DNA from: Octopus sinensis
Taxonomy: Eukaryota
Direction: 5' to 3'
Assembly (NCBI RefSeq): GCF_006345805.1
Contig: NC_043015.1
Location: 28,892,001 to 28,956,000, forward strand
DNA length: 64,000 bases
Part shown: piece after piece, positions 11,466-23,651 of the stretch
How the letters are laid out: each line of letters starts with the position of its first letter
Numbering within the stretch: position 1 is the stretch's first letter
Notes under the pieces: generated by a model
The model's database searches: none
Told to the model about the DNA's origin: nothing
Seen by the model: the letters and a program-made list of their open reading frames with translations, nothing else
Position numbers and translations under genes: made by a program

Positions 11466-12915
11466 AAAAGACACCTGGATCATATAATCTGTAGGGTAAC
11501 TTTTTTTGTTGCATCTGATTTTTACCGTTTTTTTTATGTGGTTTAGTGAGAGGGCAGGCAGTCCTATGATGCTTTTCAGAGCCTCAAACTCTGGTGGGGG
11601 CACGGGGGGGGGGTGCACTCATTCTCAGATCAGATATCTGGTCTGAATGTTTGCTATTGAGTGGATTCTACCAAAGGTACCCAAGGGCCAGGTGGTGGGG
11701 TTTAACTGTGTTGTATATTAAATCTGCCATTCCAAAAGCAGAAATAGGCCCTCTAATAGGCTTCCATACAGTTTCCACTTAGCAGATTTCACGAGGCTTT
11801 ATTGAACCCAAAACTATGTCTGAAAACATGTAAGCCTATGCAGTTGTGGGCATCTTCATTAAACAACCAAGCCTGCACTGTTATCCTTGTCAGTTATTTT
11901 TTTAAACAGGTCTATAGAATAGATATTGTTTATCAAATACTTCTGAAAATCTTGAAGATTCAAGTTTTCATAGAAACAGATACAGATTTATTTGTGTTAT
12001 TTTGGATAAAATCTTAGCATCTGACCATTCCCTGTTGTTATGGAGCATAAAGTAATAATAATAATAATAATATTGAACTACTTTTTTTTTTTTTTGTCCA
12101 TCTTCATATTCTGAGTTCAATTCTGCCAAGGTCAACTTTGCCATTTATGCTCTTGGGGGTTAATGAAAAAAAAACAAAACAAAAGCACCGGTGAAGCCCT
12201 TGGGTCAATGTATTGAACTCTTACCTCCTTTCCCAAAATTGCTGGCCTTGTGCCAAAATTTGATACCAATATCGAACAGCTTTGTGACGAAGTAAACTTA
12301 ATTACCATAATATGTAGTATTAAAACCTAGGACCTACCTTATGTGGTCCCAATTTAAAAAAAACAAAACACTACAAAAAAAAGCAAAAGAATATGGTTTT
12401 TCTACCGTTACATTCCCAGACTTGTCTTTATGTTTGCATGAGTTGTTGGTTCCAAATCTGGATCAACACAATTTTTCTGTCAACATATAACTGTCTTATT
12501 CCTTATATACATACCCTATAATAATAATAATAATAGTTGTCCCATGGATTAACAAACTCCTTAAAAGTTTTCCCCTCTCACAGTTCTAATCCAGCATGGG
12601 ATGGATCCACAAAAGCCAGACTTGTTTAATGGTGGCAGGATTACTGGTAGCAACTGAAATTTGTGAAGTAAAAGTGGCAGGTATTTTATTTTTTCTACAG
12701 GAGCTTGTAAAATTCATGTAACTTGTCTAAAGGAAAATCAACACACTAGCTGTAACAGTTTTTGGACCTATTTCAAGTCACTTTAGACTACTTCAAAAAT
12801 TTCACTTGATTATTTTTAGTTAGATATTCTGGATTTTCATGGCAATGTTTCCACAGGTTGATACTTTCAAATCTAAAAAGGCATAAGACATAGAGGAATA
12901 CATTTTTAAGGGTTA

Positions 12916-13286
12916 TCTCTATATATATAAATGGCAAAATGTCTGTGTGTGTGTGTGTGTCCTTTATACAAATCCACAATTTTTCAGTTAGAGGGCTCGC
13001 AATTTCTATGGTCATTCAAAACCGTCCAAGGGTGGTTGTGCACATCTTTACATTTCCCCAGTCACCCCGCAAAGCCATTAAAAAAATCAATAGAAGTGAC
13101 TTTTTTGTGAATTTTCTATCCAAATCCCAATCAAAATGCCCGAAACTTGATACGCCAATTGAATGCCAGCTAGCTGTATGTGATTGGTCGGAGAATTGGA
13201 CAGTACTCGCATGTATGTGAGCATGCACGCAGCTGTATATGCATGCACTAACACTATGACCCGGCGTTGCCAGGTCATAGTGCTAG
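12916..13286 (+). mobile_element. Non-autonomous Helitron-like element
   Basis: Inserted between A and T; 5' TC(TCTATATATA), 3' hairpin ACTATGACCCGGCGTTGCCAGGTCATAGT then CTAG|T; second copy at 31417. Confidence 0.75.
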
Positions 13287-14206
13287 TGTACAATAAATTG
13301 AGTATACTTCTAAAATACACAAAATATTCTAAGTCTTTTTATACAATTCCTAATAATGTTTAATTATAGAAATATAATAGGGGATTTTTTTAAAGCATTG
13401 AATGACTCTGAGGGTCCGGTAGAAGGAACTAGGTATCAAAGAAGTCTGCCAGCATTGCCAGGTCATAGTGCTAGTCAGTATATAAATGTACTATCTTTGA
13501 GAAGAATAGGTTTAATCTTTCTTTTGAAGCATAAGGTTATGTCTTGATATTACTTTGTGGTAATCCTGGTTCATATTTTTTGACAAGAACTTGTCATTTG
13601 AAATACTTCTAATAACCTATAGATAATATTCCCTTAAAGTACTTTACTACATCAGATTTATCTCTATATTACACAATAAGATGGTTGGTTGTGCTGTATG
13701 GAATTTTTTAGTCAGTGTTTGCTAACATTTGTGTTGTGGAAAACTGTTTCATTATTTAGGCTTTCATAACTGTTCATCTATTAATATTAAAGTCTTTCCA
13801 TTTCATATATATATGTATATAATATATATAATATATATATATATATAATGTCTACAGACAAGACTATTAACATACATTAATTCAATACTCTAAGATACTA
13901 TGAGAGAATGTAGCTCGTTGGCAAGCAGTGTAAGTACAATATAATTGATGAATATTTTGTTAGCTTGCCCTATTGATTCTTAAAATGCATAATCAACAGT
14001 CTACTGAGTAATATTCCAATATCCATATTACTTTCAAACAGCTTTCTAGAAAAGTACTGATAATAACAGTTCTACATGACTATTCCACGTTTTCTGCTTT
14101 AGCTATATAGACGTAGTATACTTCTCATTGTTGTAAGCAAAATATACTTTTCATTATTACCACTATATACTTTTCATCATTAACAGTATACTTTCATTAT
14201 AAACAT

Positions 14207-14633
14207 AGGCGCAGGAGTGGCTGTGTGGTAAGTAGCTTGCTTACCAACCACACGGTTCCGGGTTCAGTCCCACTGCGTGGCACCTTGAGCAAGTGTCTTC
14301 TACTATAGCCTCGGGCCGACCAAAGCCTTTTGAGTGGATTTGGTAGACGGAAACTGAAAGAAGCCCGTCGTGTGTATATATATATATATATATATAGATG
14401 ATTGTGCGTGTGTGTCTGTGTTTGTCCCCCTAGCATTGCTTGACAACCGATGCTGGTGTGTTTACGTCCCCGTTACTTAGCAGTTCGGCAAAAGAGACCG
14501 ATAGAATAAGTACTGGGCTTACAAAACAGAGAATAAGTCCTGGGGTCAAGTTGCTCGACTAAAGGCGGTGCTCCAGCATGGCCGCAGTCAAATGACTGAA
14601 ACTAGTAAAAGCGAGTAAAAGAGAGTAAAGAGT
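14207..14633 (+). mobile_element. S1 SINE
   Basis: Full-length match to other S1 copies. Confidence 0.85.
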
Positions 14634-15539
14634 ATAGTATTTTATTGTTTAAAGAAATATATTTTATACAATGAGGTTCAGAAGTACTTTACAAAATCCA
14701 TCAGACATAACTGGTTCACATCACTCACTCGCATGGTTATTCTATTAGATTTATGACCACTTGCATCTTGTTCACCCATTAACTGACAGATCTGCACTAT
14801 TTTATTTTTGTAGTGATTAAACTTTCTGTATCTCTCTAGTGCATCATGTTAACATGTTAGACTTTTTGCATACTGTCTCAGATGGACATTGCCTTTCATT
14901 CTGTGTCAAAATTTGCACCAATTTTTCCATTGATTATTCGTGTTTTCTCTCATCTCATAACAATTTGTAATGATGTGCCTTCCTTGTACAGCATGTAACA
15001 ATTTGTGTTTTTATATTCGCATGATGTGTGACAGGGTCTACTCTGTCACTTGTAGCAACAGTCACTTGTTTATATTTGTTTATATATGTGTGTGTGTGTT
15101 CTGCAGTATGTGACATCTGGTGTCATTCATGTACAGTTATGTTTTTTGTCCTTTACTGTGTGGCAATCTTTCTTATATGATATGTATTAACTTTGCATTT
15201 TCTGTTATCTAATTCCCAAGCAAATGTTGTGGAATCAACTCACTCAGAGAATATTCGTCTCTCTTTTTACTTAATATCAAAATAGAAGGGAAAAAAAGAA
15301 AGAAAAAAAATGAAGACACTTCACATGATATTAAAACTAGTTTTGTTCTTACCCAATATGTGCACTATTTAAAAAAAAAATTCAATCTCTTTATGAATGG
15401 GTCTTATAATGTATATTTATGCTGCTATTTTTTTTTATGCTAGTTTGTTTTTGTAAAGAAGATTAAGGTCTAAGAAAACTTAAGGTTATTAATAATGTTT
15501 ATTAAAGAAAATTAACTATTAGATGAAATTAGTTTCTGT

Positions 15540-15745
15540 TATCATCATCATCATCATCATCATCATCATTTAATGTCAGCTTTCCATGCTAGCATGGGTT
15601 GGACAGTTTGACAGAGGTCTGGCAAACCAGATGGCTGCATCAGGCTCCAATCTTGATCTGGCAGAGTTTCTACAGCTTGATGCCCTTCCTAATGCCAATC
15701 ACTCCAAGAGTGTAGTGGGTGCTTTTACATTCCACCGGCACGATC
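15540..15745 (-). mobile_element. R3 fragment
   Basis: (CAT)n followed by the family body. Confidence 0.7.
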
Positions 15746-16239
15746 TCTAATTTATCTATTGGCTATGAAGTAAAAAATAAAATAAAGATTAAAAGAAGAA
15801 AAAAATGTGTTTGAAAAGCTTTCAGGTGTGTTGGTTCCAAAACGTTTGCCTGTGGATGTCTGCATTTAAAATAGTGAGTTGATAACATTATTAGTAACAT
15901 TATTGTTCTTATCCATTCTTAGATAGAAGATAGAACTTAATACTGTCATTATTTGCTGTGTTTCAAACACCAATTGCTTATATGTATATATGTGTGTATG
16001 TCCCACTGTGTAGTGCCTTGGGTAAGTGTCTTCTGAAGCCTCGTGAATAGATTTGGTATACGGAAACTGAAAGAAGTGCATCGTGTGTGAGTGTTTACAT
16101 TTGTGCTTCTTCAAAAGATCGCTGGGCTGCATGCAGTGATGGTGCCATATCTCATGTCAGCTTATCTTTCACTGGCTTTGTACTTTGAAAGCCAGTGGAA
16201 TAATGAGCATGCCTTTTCAGGTTTTCATCGACATTTGAA

Positions 16240-16525
16240 CAGTCAGGTAGCTTTTTATTGACTGTAACTGTTCGCCTTTTGTTCATCTGCCAGTTGACAC
16301 AAATTCTACTGCAACATGCTGTATCACCAATTTTTCTTTTAAAATTATGTGGTACAATCTTCTACAGATGCCTATTTCTTTGGAAATTTCACAAACAACC
16401 GGGTGATGATTTTCCTGAAGTCACACGGCACCTTTTTGCTATGTGATTGTTGTTTGTTTCCATGGAATGTCGTCTGGATTTGTGATTGTTTTCAGTGGAT
16501 TTCTTAATATGAAATACTGGTACCA
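16240..16525 (-). pseudogene. Decayed mariner transposase fragment (HTH region)
   Basis: With frameshifts the minus strand gives STENNHKSRRHS..NNHIAK / HPVVCEISKEIGICRRLYHIILKEKLVIQHVAVEFV / DEQK, resembling mariner SVEDD.RSGRPS...RLTVREIAEEVGIS.GSCH.IL.EKL.M..VAAKFVP..LTDEQK. Confidence 0.6.
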
Positions 16526-17220
16526 CTTATGACATTACATTTGGATATATATATATATATAAATAATTTCTCTACTGGAAAAATGCAGTCTCTATAGAGA
16601 GACATGGATTTACTGATGTGAAGATAGACTGTGGTTAGTAAATCAAACTAACTGGAGTTTTTTTTTACACACTCATGGAGGTTAGCTGGCATTAATAACC
16701 AGTACATGTAACTACAGTCCCCACTTGGATTCTATATCCCTACCACCCATAATTTGGAAACACACACACACACATGTATGTATGTATATAGAGGCCTCAT
16801 TATAAGCTTGTTGCAACATTAGAAAAGTCTCCATTAATGCTTTTCTCAATCTGAGACTATTTCATACAAACCCAATGCTCTTACAGATCCTTTTAAAAAG
16901 TTCAGTTTCTTTATAGACACTCCTTATATTGTATTCTTATGCTGCAATTTTTTTAATATATTAAATATGAACATTCGTTTTTTTCGTGAAGAATATTAGA
17001 ATCTAAGAAACCGTTTGTTAGTATCATCTTGTGACCTTGCATCTCAGTACTTCTAGTATCTCACTTTTAGATTTTATTGAGAATTTGTGTATGGCTAATA
17101 GATTATTCTATTAAATGCGTCAATTTTGAAGTTTAAATTCTTCTAGGAGGAATCAGATTTTGAATGTAACATGAGACAAAATACAAAAATTTCTGTATAA
17201 ACAGGGCTTTTGTTCTGCCT

Positions 17221-17441
17221 TTAACCCTTTAGTGTTCAGATTATTCAATTAAACATAATGCCTATTGATTCCCATTGATTTGAATTAATCATGCATTATC
17301 TCATATCTTCAAGATCTTGATGGTGTAATTACCTAATGTAGAATAACATTGTAGGGTAGGTGTGAGGATCTGGTCAGTTTGAACATAAAACAGATTAGCT
17401 ATTTTGGCCGGATATGGCCGGTTTAAATACTAAAGGGCTAA
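17221..17441 (+). mobile_element. piggyBac MITE family B
   Basis: TTAACCCTTTAGT start; near-identical to the 3060 copy. Confidence 0.85.
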
Positions 17442-18090
17442 AGTTATTTCTGTTGTTGGATTGATTGAGTGTTTGATTGATGAATTAGAGAATTGGTGAT
17501 TGATCACTGAGAGAAAGAGTATGAACTGAGCTTCAATTCTTTGGTTGTATGTCTCTAGTATTAAAGTTTGGAAATATATGAAGTAAAAGTTTGTTTTAAA
17601 AAAAGTTGCATATTTATTCAGTGTGGTATTTAAAGAGAGGAATTTCTTTTTCAAAAACCAAAACTAGTTTAGCGTTACAAAATTTAGGAATTTTAAGTTG
17701 AAAGCTCATCCAAAACTGTTTACTAAGTAACTTACAGAGTTTGTACTCAACAAAAATGCTTATTGGCATGTTAACCACTATAATGTAACCGAATAGGAGG
17801 TCATTAGAGCTGGAGCTGAGGAATGCAGTTGTTGAAGTAACTGAAGCTGAAGAAAATGTTAGTTGTTGGTGCCACCTATTTTTTTTAAATGTCAACATTG
17901 GAACCGGGGAAACTGGTAATAAGTTTCTTTACTTAGGGTACTACATTACAAATCAATTAGGGAAGGGAAAGCAGATTGTTTGACATGACATTCATACCTT
18001 TGTGAAAGACATTAGCCATTTCAGTTTTACAATTGCAAGGCTGCATTTAAGAATTGAAATCTGGCTGCACATCAGGAGCTTACCTCTTAT

Positions 18091-18708
18091 TTAACCCTTT
18101 TGATACCAACCCGGCCAAAACCGCCTCTGGCTCTGTAGTACAAATGTCTTGTTTTCATAAGTCATCATCATCATTTAACATCTGCTTTCTATGCTGGCAT
18201 GGGTTGGATGGTTCAACTGGGGTCTGGGAAGCCAAGAGGCTGCCCCAGGCTCCAGTCTGATCTGGCAGTGTTTCTACAGCTGGATGCCCTTCCTAACGCC
18301 AACCACTCCGAAAGTGTAGTGGGTGCTTTTTACGTGCCACCGGCACAGTGGCCAGATGAGGCTGGCAAACGGCCACATATGGATGGTGCTTTTTACATGC
18401 CACCGGCACGGGGACCAGTCGAAGCTGCCAATGGCCACAGTCGGATGGTGCCTTTTATGTGCCACCGGCACGGAGGCCAGTCGGCCGGCACTGGCTATGG
18501 CCACGTTTGGATGGTTCTCTTACGTGCCACCGGCACTGGTATCACAGCTAATTGAATTAAAATCTTCCACCAAACCTTAGTCACAATTTATGTTCCCAAC
18601 ACTAGCTCAATGGTAACTAAGTTATTTTACTAAATTCTTTGTTATATTTAAAATAAATTGAATGAAACACAGAGCATCTCAAAATAAATACGGTAACGAA
18701 AGGGTTAA
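18091..18708 (-). mobile_element. piggyBac MITE family A interrupted by R3 (about 18160-18545); a family B MITE abuts at 18705-18912
   Basis: TTAA at both ends, family A body in reverse; the following family B copy starts at the same TTAA. Confidence 0.8.
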
Positions 18709-18967
18709 CACAGCCATGCCAGGCCCAAATATTCTACCTGCTTTATGTTCAAACCGGGTAGATCTGGCCTCTCGTACCTACCATACAATGTCATTCTGAA
18801 AAATAAACAATTACATCATCAAATCTCAAAGCTACAAGATAGTGCATGATTAATTTAAAACAATGTGAATAAATAATTACATTTGATAAAGTGATCTGAT
18901 TGTAAAAGGGTTACAGCATTTACAAGTGGCAAAGAAAACTGTTGTTTGACCTTTCATATCTCTTCAT

Positions 18968-19388
18968 CATCATCATCGTTTAACGTCTGCTTTCCATGCT
19001 AGCATGGGTTGGACGATTTTGACTGAGGGCTGGCGAACCAGACGGCTGCACCAGGCTCCAATCTTGATCTGGAAGAGTTTCTACAGCTGGATACCCATTC
19101 TAACGCCAACCACTCCGAGAGTGTAGTGGGTGCTTTTTACGTGCCACTGGCACGGGAGCCAGTCAGGCGGTACTAGCAATGATCTCACTCGAATCTTTTT
19201 ACACATGCCACCAGCACAGGTGCCAGTAAGGCGACGTTGGTAACGATCACGCTCGAATGGTTCCCTTTTACGTGCCACTGGCACAGAAGCCAGTTGGCTG
19301 CTCTGGCAACGATCACGCTCGGATGGTGCTCTCGGCACCCTACTAGCACAGGCACAAGTGCCAGTAAGGCGACGCTGGTAACGATCTC
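18968..19388 (-). mobile_element. R3 element
   Basis: (CAT)n, family body and tandem modules. Confidence 0.75.
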
Positions 19389-19561
19389 CGTGTTTACAAT
19401 TTGGTAGCAGTAAATTAAATATCTTAATTGTTCCAGTAACTCATGACGATTATTTTAACCCAAGGTTGTTAACGTCTACTGGGGCAGCTGAAGTGATAAA
19501 TAGTCTTTTGCTTTGGGTTTCAATATTTTTTCCTCTGTTGGTTGTATTAACAAACGTTTAG

Positions 19562-19965
19562 TCGCAGGAGTGGCTGTGTGGTAAGTAGCTTGCCTACCAA
19601 CCACATGGTTCTGGGTTCAGTCCCACTGCGTGGCATCTTGGGCAAGTGTCTTCTGCTATAGCCTCGGGCCGACCAATGCCTTGTGAGTGGATTTTGTAGA
19701 CGGAAACTGAAAAAAGCCTGTCGTATATATGTATATGTATGTATGTATGTATATGTTTGTGTGTCTGTGTTTGTCCCCCTAGCATTGCTTGACAACCGAT
19801 GCTGGTGTGTTTACGTCCCCGTCACATAGCGGTTCAGCAAAAGAGACCGATAGAATAAGTACTGGACTTACAACGAATAAGTCCCGGGGTCGATTTGCTC
19901 GACTAAAGGCGGTGCTCCAGCATGGCCACAGTCAAATGACTGAAAAGAGTAAAAGAGTAAAAAGA
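19562..19965 (+). mobile_element. S1 SINE
   Basis: Full-length match to other S1 copies. Confidence 0.85.
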
Positions 19966-20267
19966 GAGTTTATTCCTGAATTGTGTAACTTGTTCTGTTT
20001 GGAGGTTTATCTTCCTTTCTATAATATAACAGATTGCGTTCTTTGAATTTGAAGTTCTGAATATATCGTAACGGGCAATTCACATTCTCTGATATTGTGG
20101 CTGTTGATCCCATTGGTGTTCCATAGTTATTTGTTTTTGTTATGGGATTAATTACCTCTCATTTGTTTGTAGCTTAGAAAATAAATACCACTGAAGTATT
20201 GGGCCCCAGTAAATTGACGATACTTCTTGCCTAGGAATTTGTGCTCTGTGCCCCCAACTTGGAAATC

Positions 20268-20720
20268 ATCATCATCATCGTTTAAGCATGGGTTGGACGG
20301 TTCGACCGGGGTCTGGGAAGCCAGGAGGCTGTACCAGGCTCCAGTCTGATCTGGCAGTGTTACTACAGCTGGATGCCCTTCCTAACGCCAACCACTCCAT
20401 GAGTGTAGTGGGTGCTTTTTACGTGCCACTGGCTCAGGTGCCAGGGGAGGCTGGAAATAGCCACGATTGGTTGGTGCTTTTTATGTGCCACTGACAGGGA
20501 AGCCAGTCAAGGCGGTGCTGGCATCAGCCACATATGGATGGTGCTTTTTAGGTTCCACCAGCACAGGTGCCAGGGTAGGCTGGCAATGGCCACGATTGGT
20601 TGGTGCTTTTTACGTGCCACCGGCACGGAAGCCAGTCAAGGCGGCGCTGGCATCGGCCACATATGGATGGTGCTTTTTAGGTGCCAGGGTAGGCTGGCAA
20701 CGGCCACTAACGGTTGGTGA
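20268..20720 (-). mobile_element. R3 element
   Basis: Family body and tandem GGTGCTTTT modules. Confidence 0.75.
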
Positions 20721-20754
20721 TAATTGCTGTTATTATTATTATTGTTAAGACAGG

Positions 20755-21411
20755 GAGCTGGCAGGATTGTTAGCACGCCGGGCGACATGCTTTGCAGTAT
20801 TTTTGTCTGTCTTCACTTTCTGGGTTCAAATCCCACCAGGGTCGACTTTACTTTTCATCCTTTTGGGGTTGATAAAATAAGTACCAGTCAAGTACTGGGG
20901 TCGATGTAATCAACTCTCCCCTTCCCTGAAATTCCAGGCCTTGTGCCTATTGTAGAAAGGGTTATTATTATTGTTATTAATTAGTAAGTTAAGGTGGTAA
21001 ACTGGCAGATTCATTAGTACAACAAACAGAACGCTTAACAGTATTCCACCCATATTTACAATCTGAGTTCAAAGTGTGCTGGAGTTGACTTTGTCTTTCG
21101 TCCTTTTGGGGGGGTCGATGAAATAAGTACCAGTTACACACTGGGGTCAATGTAATTGACTGGCTGCCTCCTCCAAAATTTCAGGCCTTGTGCCTATATT
21201 AGAAAGGACTGTGGAAAATTCGAGTTTATTTTCAAATATTCTAATTCTAAAAAGTGTCTCGGGCATGTTCTGAGTTCAAATTTTGCCAAGTTCGACTTTG
21301 CCTTTCATCTTTACGGGGTTGATAAATTAAGTACCAGTGAAAAACTGGGGTCAGTGTAATCAACTAATCCCCTCCCCCCAAACTTCAGGCCTTTTGTCTA
21401 TAATAGAAAGG

Positions 21412-21415
<4 letters not shown>
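20755..21415 (+). mobile_element. Three tandem diverged S2-type SINE copies
   Basis: Three repeats of GAGTTCAAA..GTCGACTTT..GGGGT(T/C)GAT..AAGTACCAG..CTGGGGTC with (TTA)n tails. Confidence 0.7.
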
Positions 21416-21456
<41 letters not shown>

Positions 21457-21779
21457 TCCATTTGACTTGGCTCTAGTTAATTCTGTAAGAGTGGTCAACA
21501 ACTTGTCAAGGGTCTCACTCCACAAAATTTAAGACCCAAATATCAATTTCAAAATCCTCACGGTCTCCTATAAACCAATTTTCTGAGCACCTTAATAAAG
21601 CGGGTTTTCTTAGCTTCACTGTCTCCAGGAACAAAGTAACTTTCTGAGCCTCGCTATCCCCTATTATTATTATTATTATTATTATTATGACGATGATGAT
21701 AAACGTGAAAACATTGGAGTGGTAGAAATAGAAGACCAAATTGTCTTTCAGAACTTAAGCGTGTTCTTTTGCTTTGATT

Positions 21780-21915
21780 TCATCGACGACCGCTCAGTTC
21801 AAAGTCTCCTTTGACCACAAGTGGCCTGAACTCTTTACATGAACACCACCCTGTACATAACTCCATGTCCCCCTACATGGCCTTGCTTTTTGAGCCAAAA
21901 AATTAACTAACTAAC
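21780..21915 (+). mobile_element. Short CR1 3' fragment
   Basis: Matches the last about 130 bp of the 6941-7308 and 28265-28615 CR1 pieces. Confidence 0.75.
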
Positions 21916-22134
21916 TAAATAACTACTAGTCTTGTACTGAGGTTGTTTCAATTGGCTACCCTCCTTTTCTATGAGGTTATTACAACCGATGTGCTTTTGT
22001 AATGATTAATATTACCTGTGCCATTATGAGGCACACTATATAATGAATTATCAATTTTCGTTTATATGGAATGTAATACTACTCCTATAACAGTCTCGTT
22101 GAAAGGAGCTTATGTTCACCTCATCCATTTAAAC

Positions 22135-22538
22135 CAGTGCTTTTCAAACATTTTGCTGGAGCGGAACCCCAAGGAAACATTCCACTGGCTCGAGGAACCC
22201 CTGTGCAATAATTTAATAGTCTTATGCACACATATCTGCACAGGAGACTTAAAAATTACTCCCGATTTTAGCAGTTTTGTAATTTCTTGCGGAACCCTAA
22301 GGTTCTGTGGAACCCTGGTTGAAAACCACTGCTCTATATATATATATATATATATATATCAGTGCTTTTCAAACTTTTTGCTGGAGTGGAACCCCAAGGA
22401 AACATTCCACTGGCTCGAGGAACCCCTGTGCAATAATTTAATAGTCTTATGCACACATATCTGCACAGGAGACTTAATAATTACTCCCGATTTTAGCAGT
22501 TTTGTAACTTCTTGCGGAACCCTGGTTGAAAACCACTG
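22135..22538. mobile_element. Dimer of hAT-type MITEs flanked by one 8-bp TSD (ATTTAAAC)
   Basis: Two copies of CAGTGCTTTTCAAAC ... GGTTGAAAACCACTG separated by CTC(TA)n; ATTTAAAC at 22127-22134 and 22539-22546. Confidence 0.8.
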
Positions 22539-22680
22539 ATTTAAACAAGGTTCATCTTAAGGTGCCCCCGCCCCCCTCCAAATTTCACTTTGTAATTATC
22601 TATCTTTGAAACTGAGAAAATGTTTTGTATGTGCTGTTTCTTAAAGCGACATTATTTTTTTGCATCTATTCCTTGTTTAG

Positions 22681-22882
22681 ATGGATGAGAAAAGGAGATT
22701 GGAGGAGGCTTCACAGTTGATACCCCTGGGAGGCTGCAAAGGTTACAAAGAAAAACACCCCAGTCAAGCACCTGCAGTCCGTCTCTGCAACACTTCCGAG
22801 GAAGAACTAGATAAGGAAACTGTCCGCATTCTCCTGGCTCGTCAAAAGCTGAAAGCAAAAAATGAGAAATGTAATAAACCAG
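22681..22882 (+). CDS. MGA: MGA-like exon (MDEKRRLEE...LLARQKLKAKNEKCNKP)
   Basis: ttccttgtttag acceptor, CCAG|gtttgt donor, phase 0 to 1. SEEELDKETVRILLARQKLKAK resembles, from memory, the segment before the vertebrate MGA Cys domain. The exon begins with ATG. Confidence 0.85.
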
Positions 22883-22910
22883 GTTTGTAATCAGATATGG
22901 ACTTTGATAA

Positions 22911-23121
22911 TCTCTTTTACTTGTCTCAGTCATTTGACTGCGACTGTGCTGGAGCATCGCCTTTAATCGAGCAACTCGACCCCGGGACTTATTCTTTTGT
23001 AAGCCCAGTACTTATTCTATCGGTCTTCTTTTGCCGCTAAGTGACGGGGACATAAACACACCAGCATCGGTTGTCAGGCAATGCTAGGGGGACAAACACA
23101 GACACACAAACACACACACGC

Positions 23122-23156
<35 letters not shown>

Positions 23157-23358
23157 ATATATACATACACACACACACACACACACACATATATACGACG
23201 GGCTTCTTTCAGTTTCCGTCTACCAAATCCACTCACAAGGCTTCGGTCGGCCCGAGGCTATAGTAGAAGACACTTGCCCAAGGTGCCACACAGTGGGACT
23301 GAACCCGGAACCATGTGGTTGGTAAACAAGCTACTTACCACACAGCCACTCCTGCACC
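22911..23358 (-). mobile_element. S1 SINE
   Basis: Full-length copy starting about 30 nt after the exon donor. Confidence 0.85.
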
Positions 23359-23651
23359 TGTGTGTAAAAATTTGTCTCCAATGGGAATTTATTGAGCTGT
23401 TCCTTACACTAAACACTGTCAGTAATCTGGCCTTGTAGGCGTACTCTGTTCTTTAACCCTAACCAAAGACAAGCCATGTTGCCTATCAGAGGCTGGTCTC
23501 ACTGGTGAGTCAAGAAAGACTCTCTCTCTCTCATGTTCACTCTGCATATCCCATGCGTTATACTTAATCTATTTCACTTCAGCTGCTATATTGTAATTCT
23601 TGAGTATCATGGTATTCCTATCGTTCATATAACTAAATGCATCAAACTCAT

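Noticed and set aside
14750-15060. Coding-looking stretch that might be a decayed transposase
   Set aside because: Multiple stops and no motif I can match with confidence.
17786-17860. Exon-like RSLELELRNAVVEVTEAEEN segment with gttagt donor
   Set aside because: Poor acceptor, and its phase 2 start is incompatible with the phase 0 neighbours.
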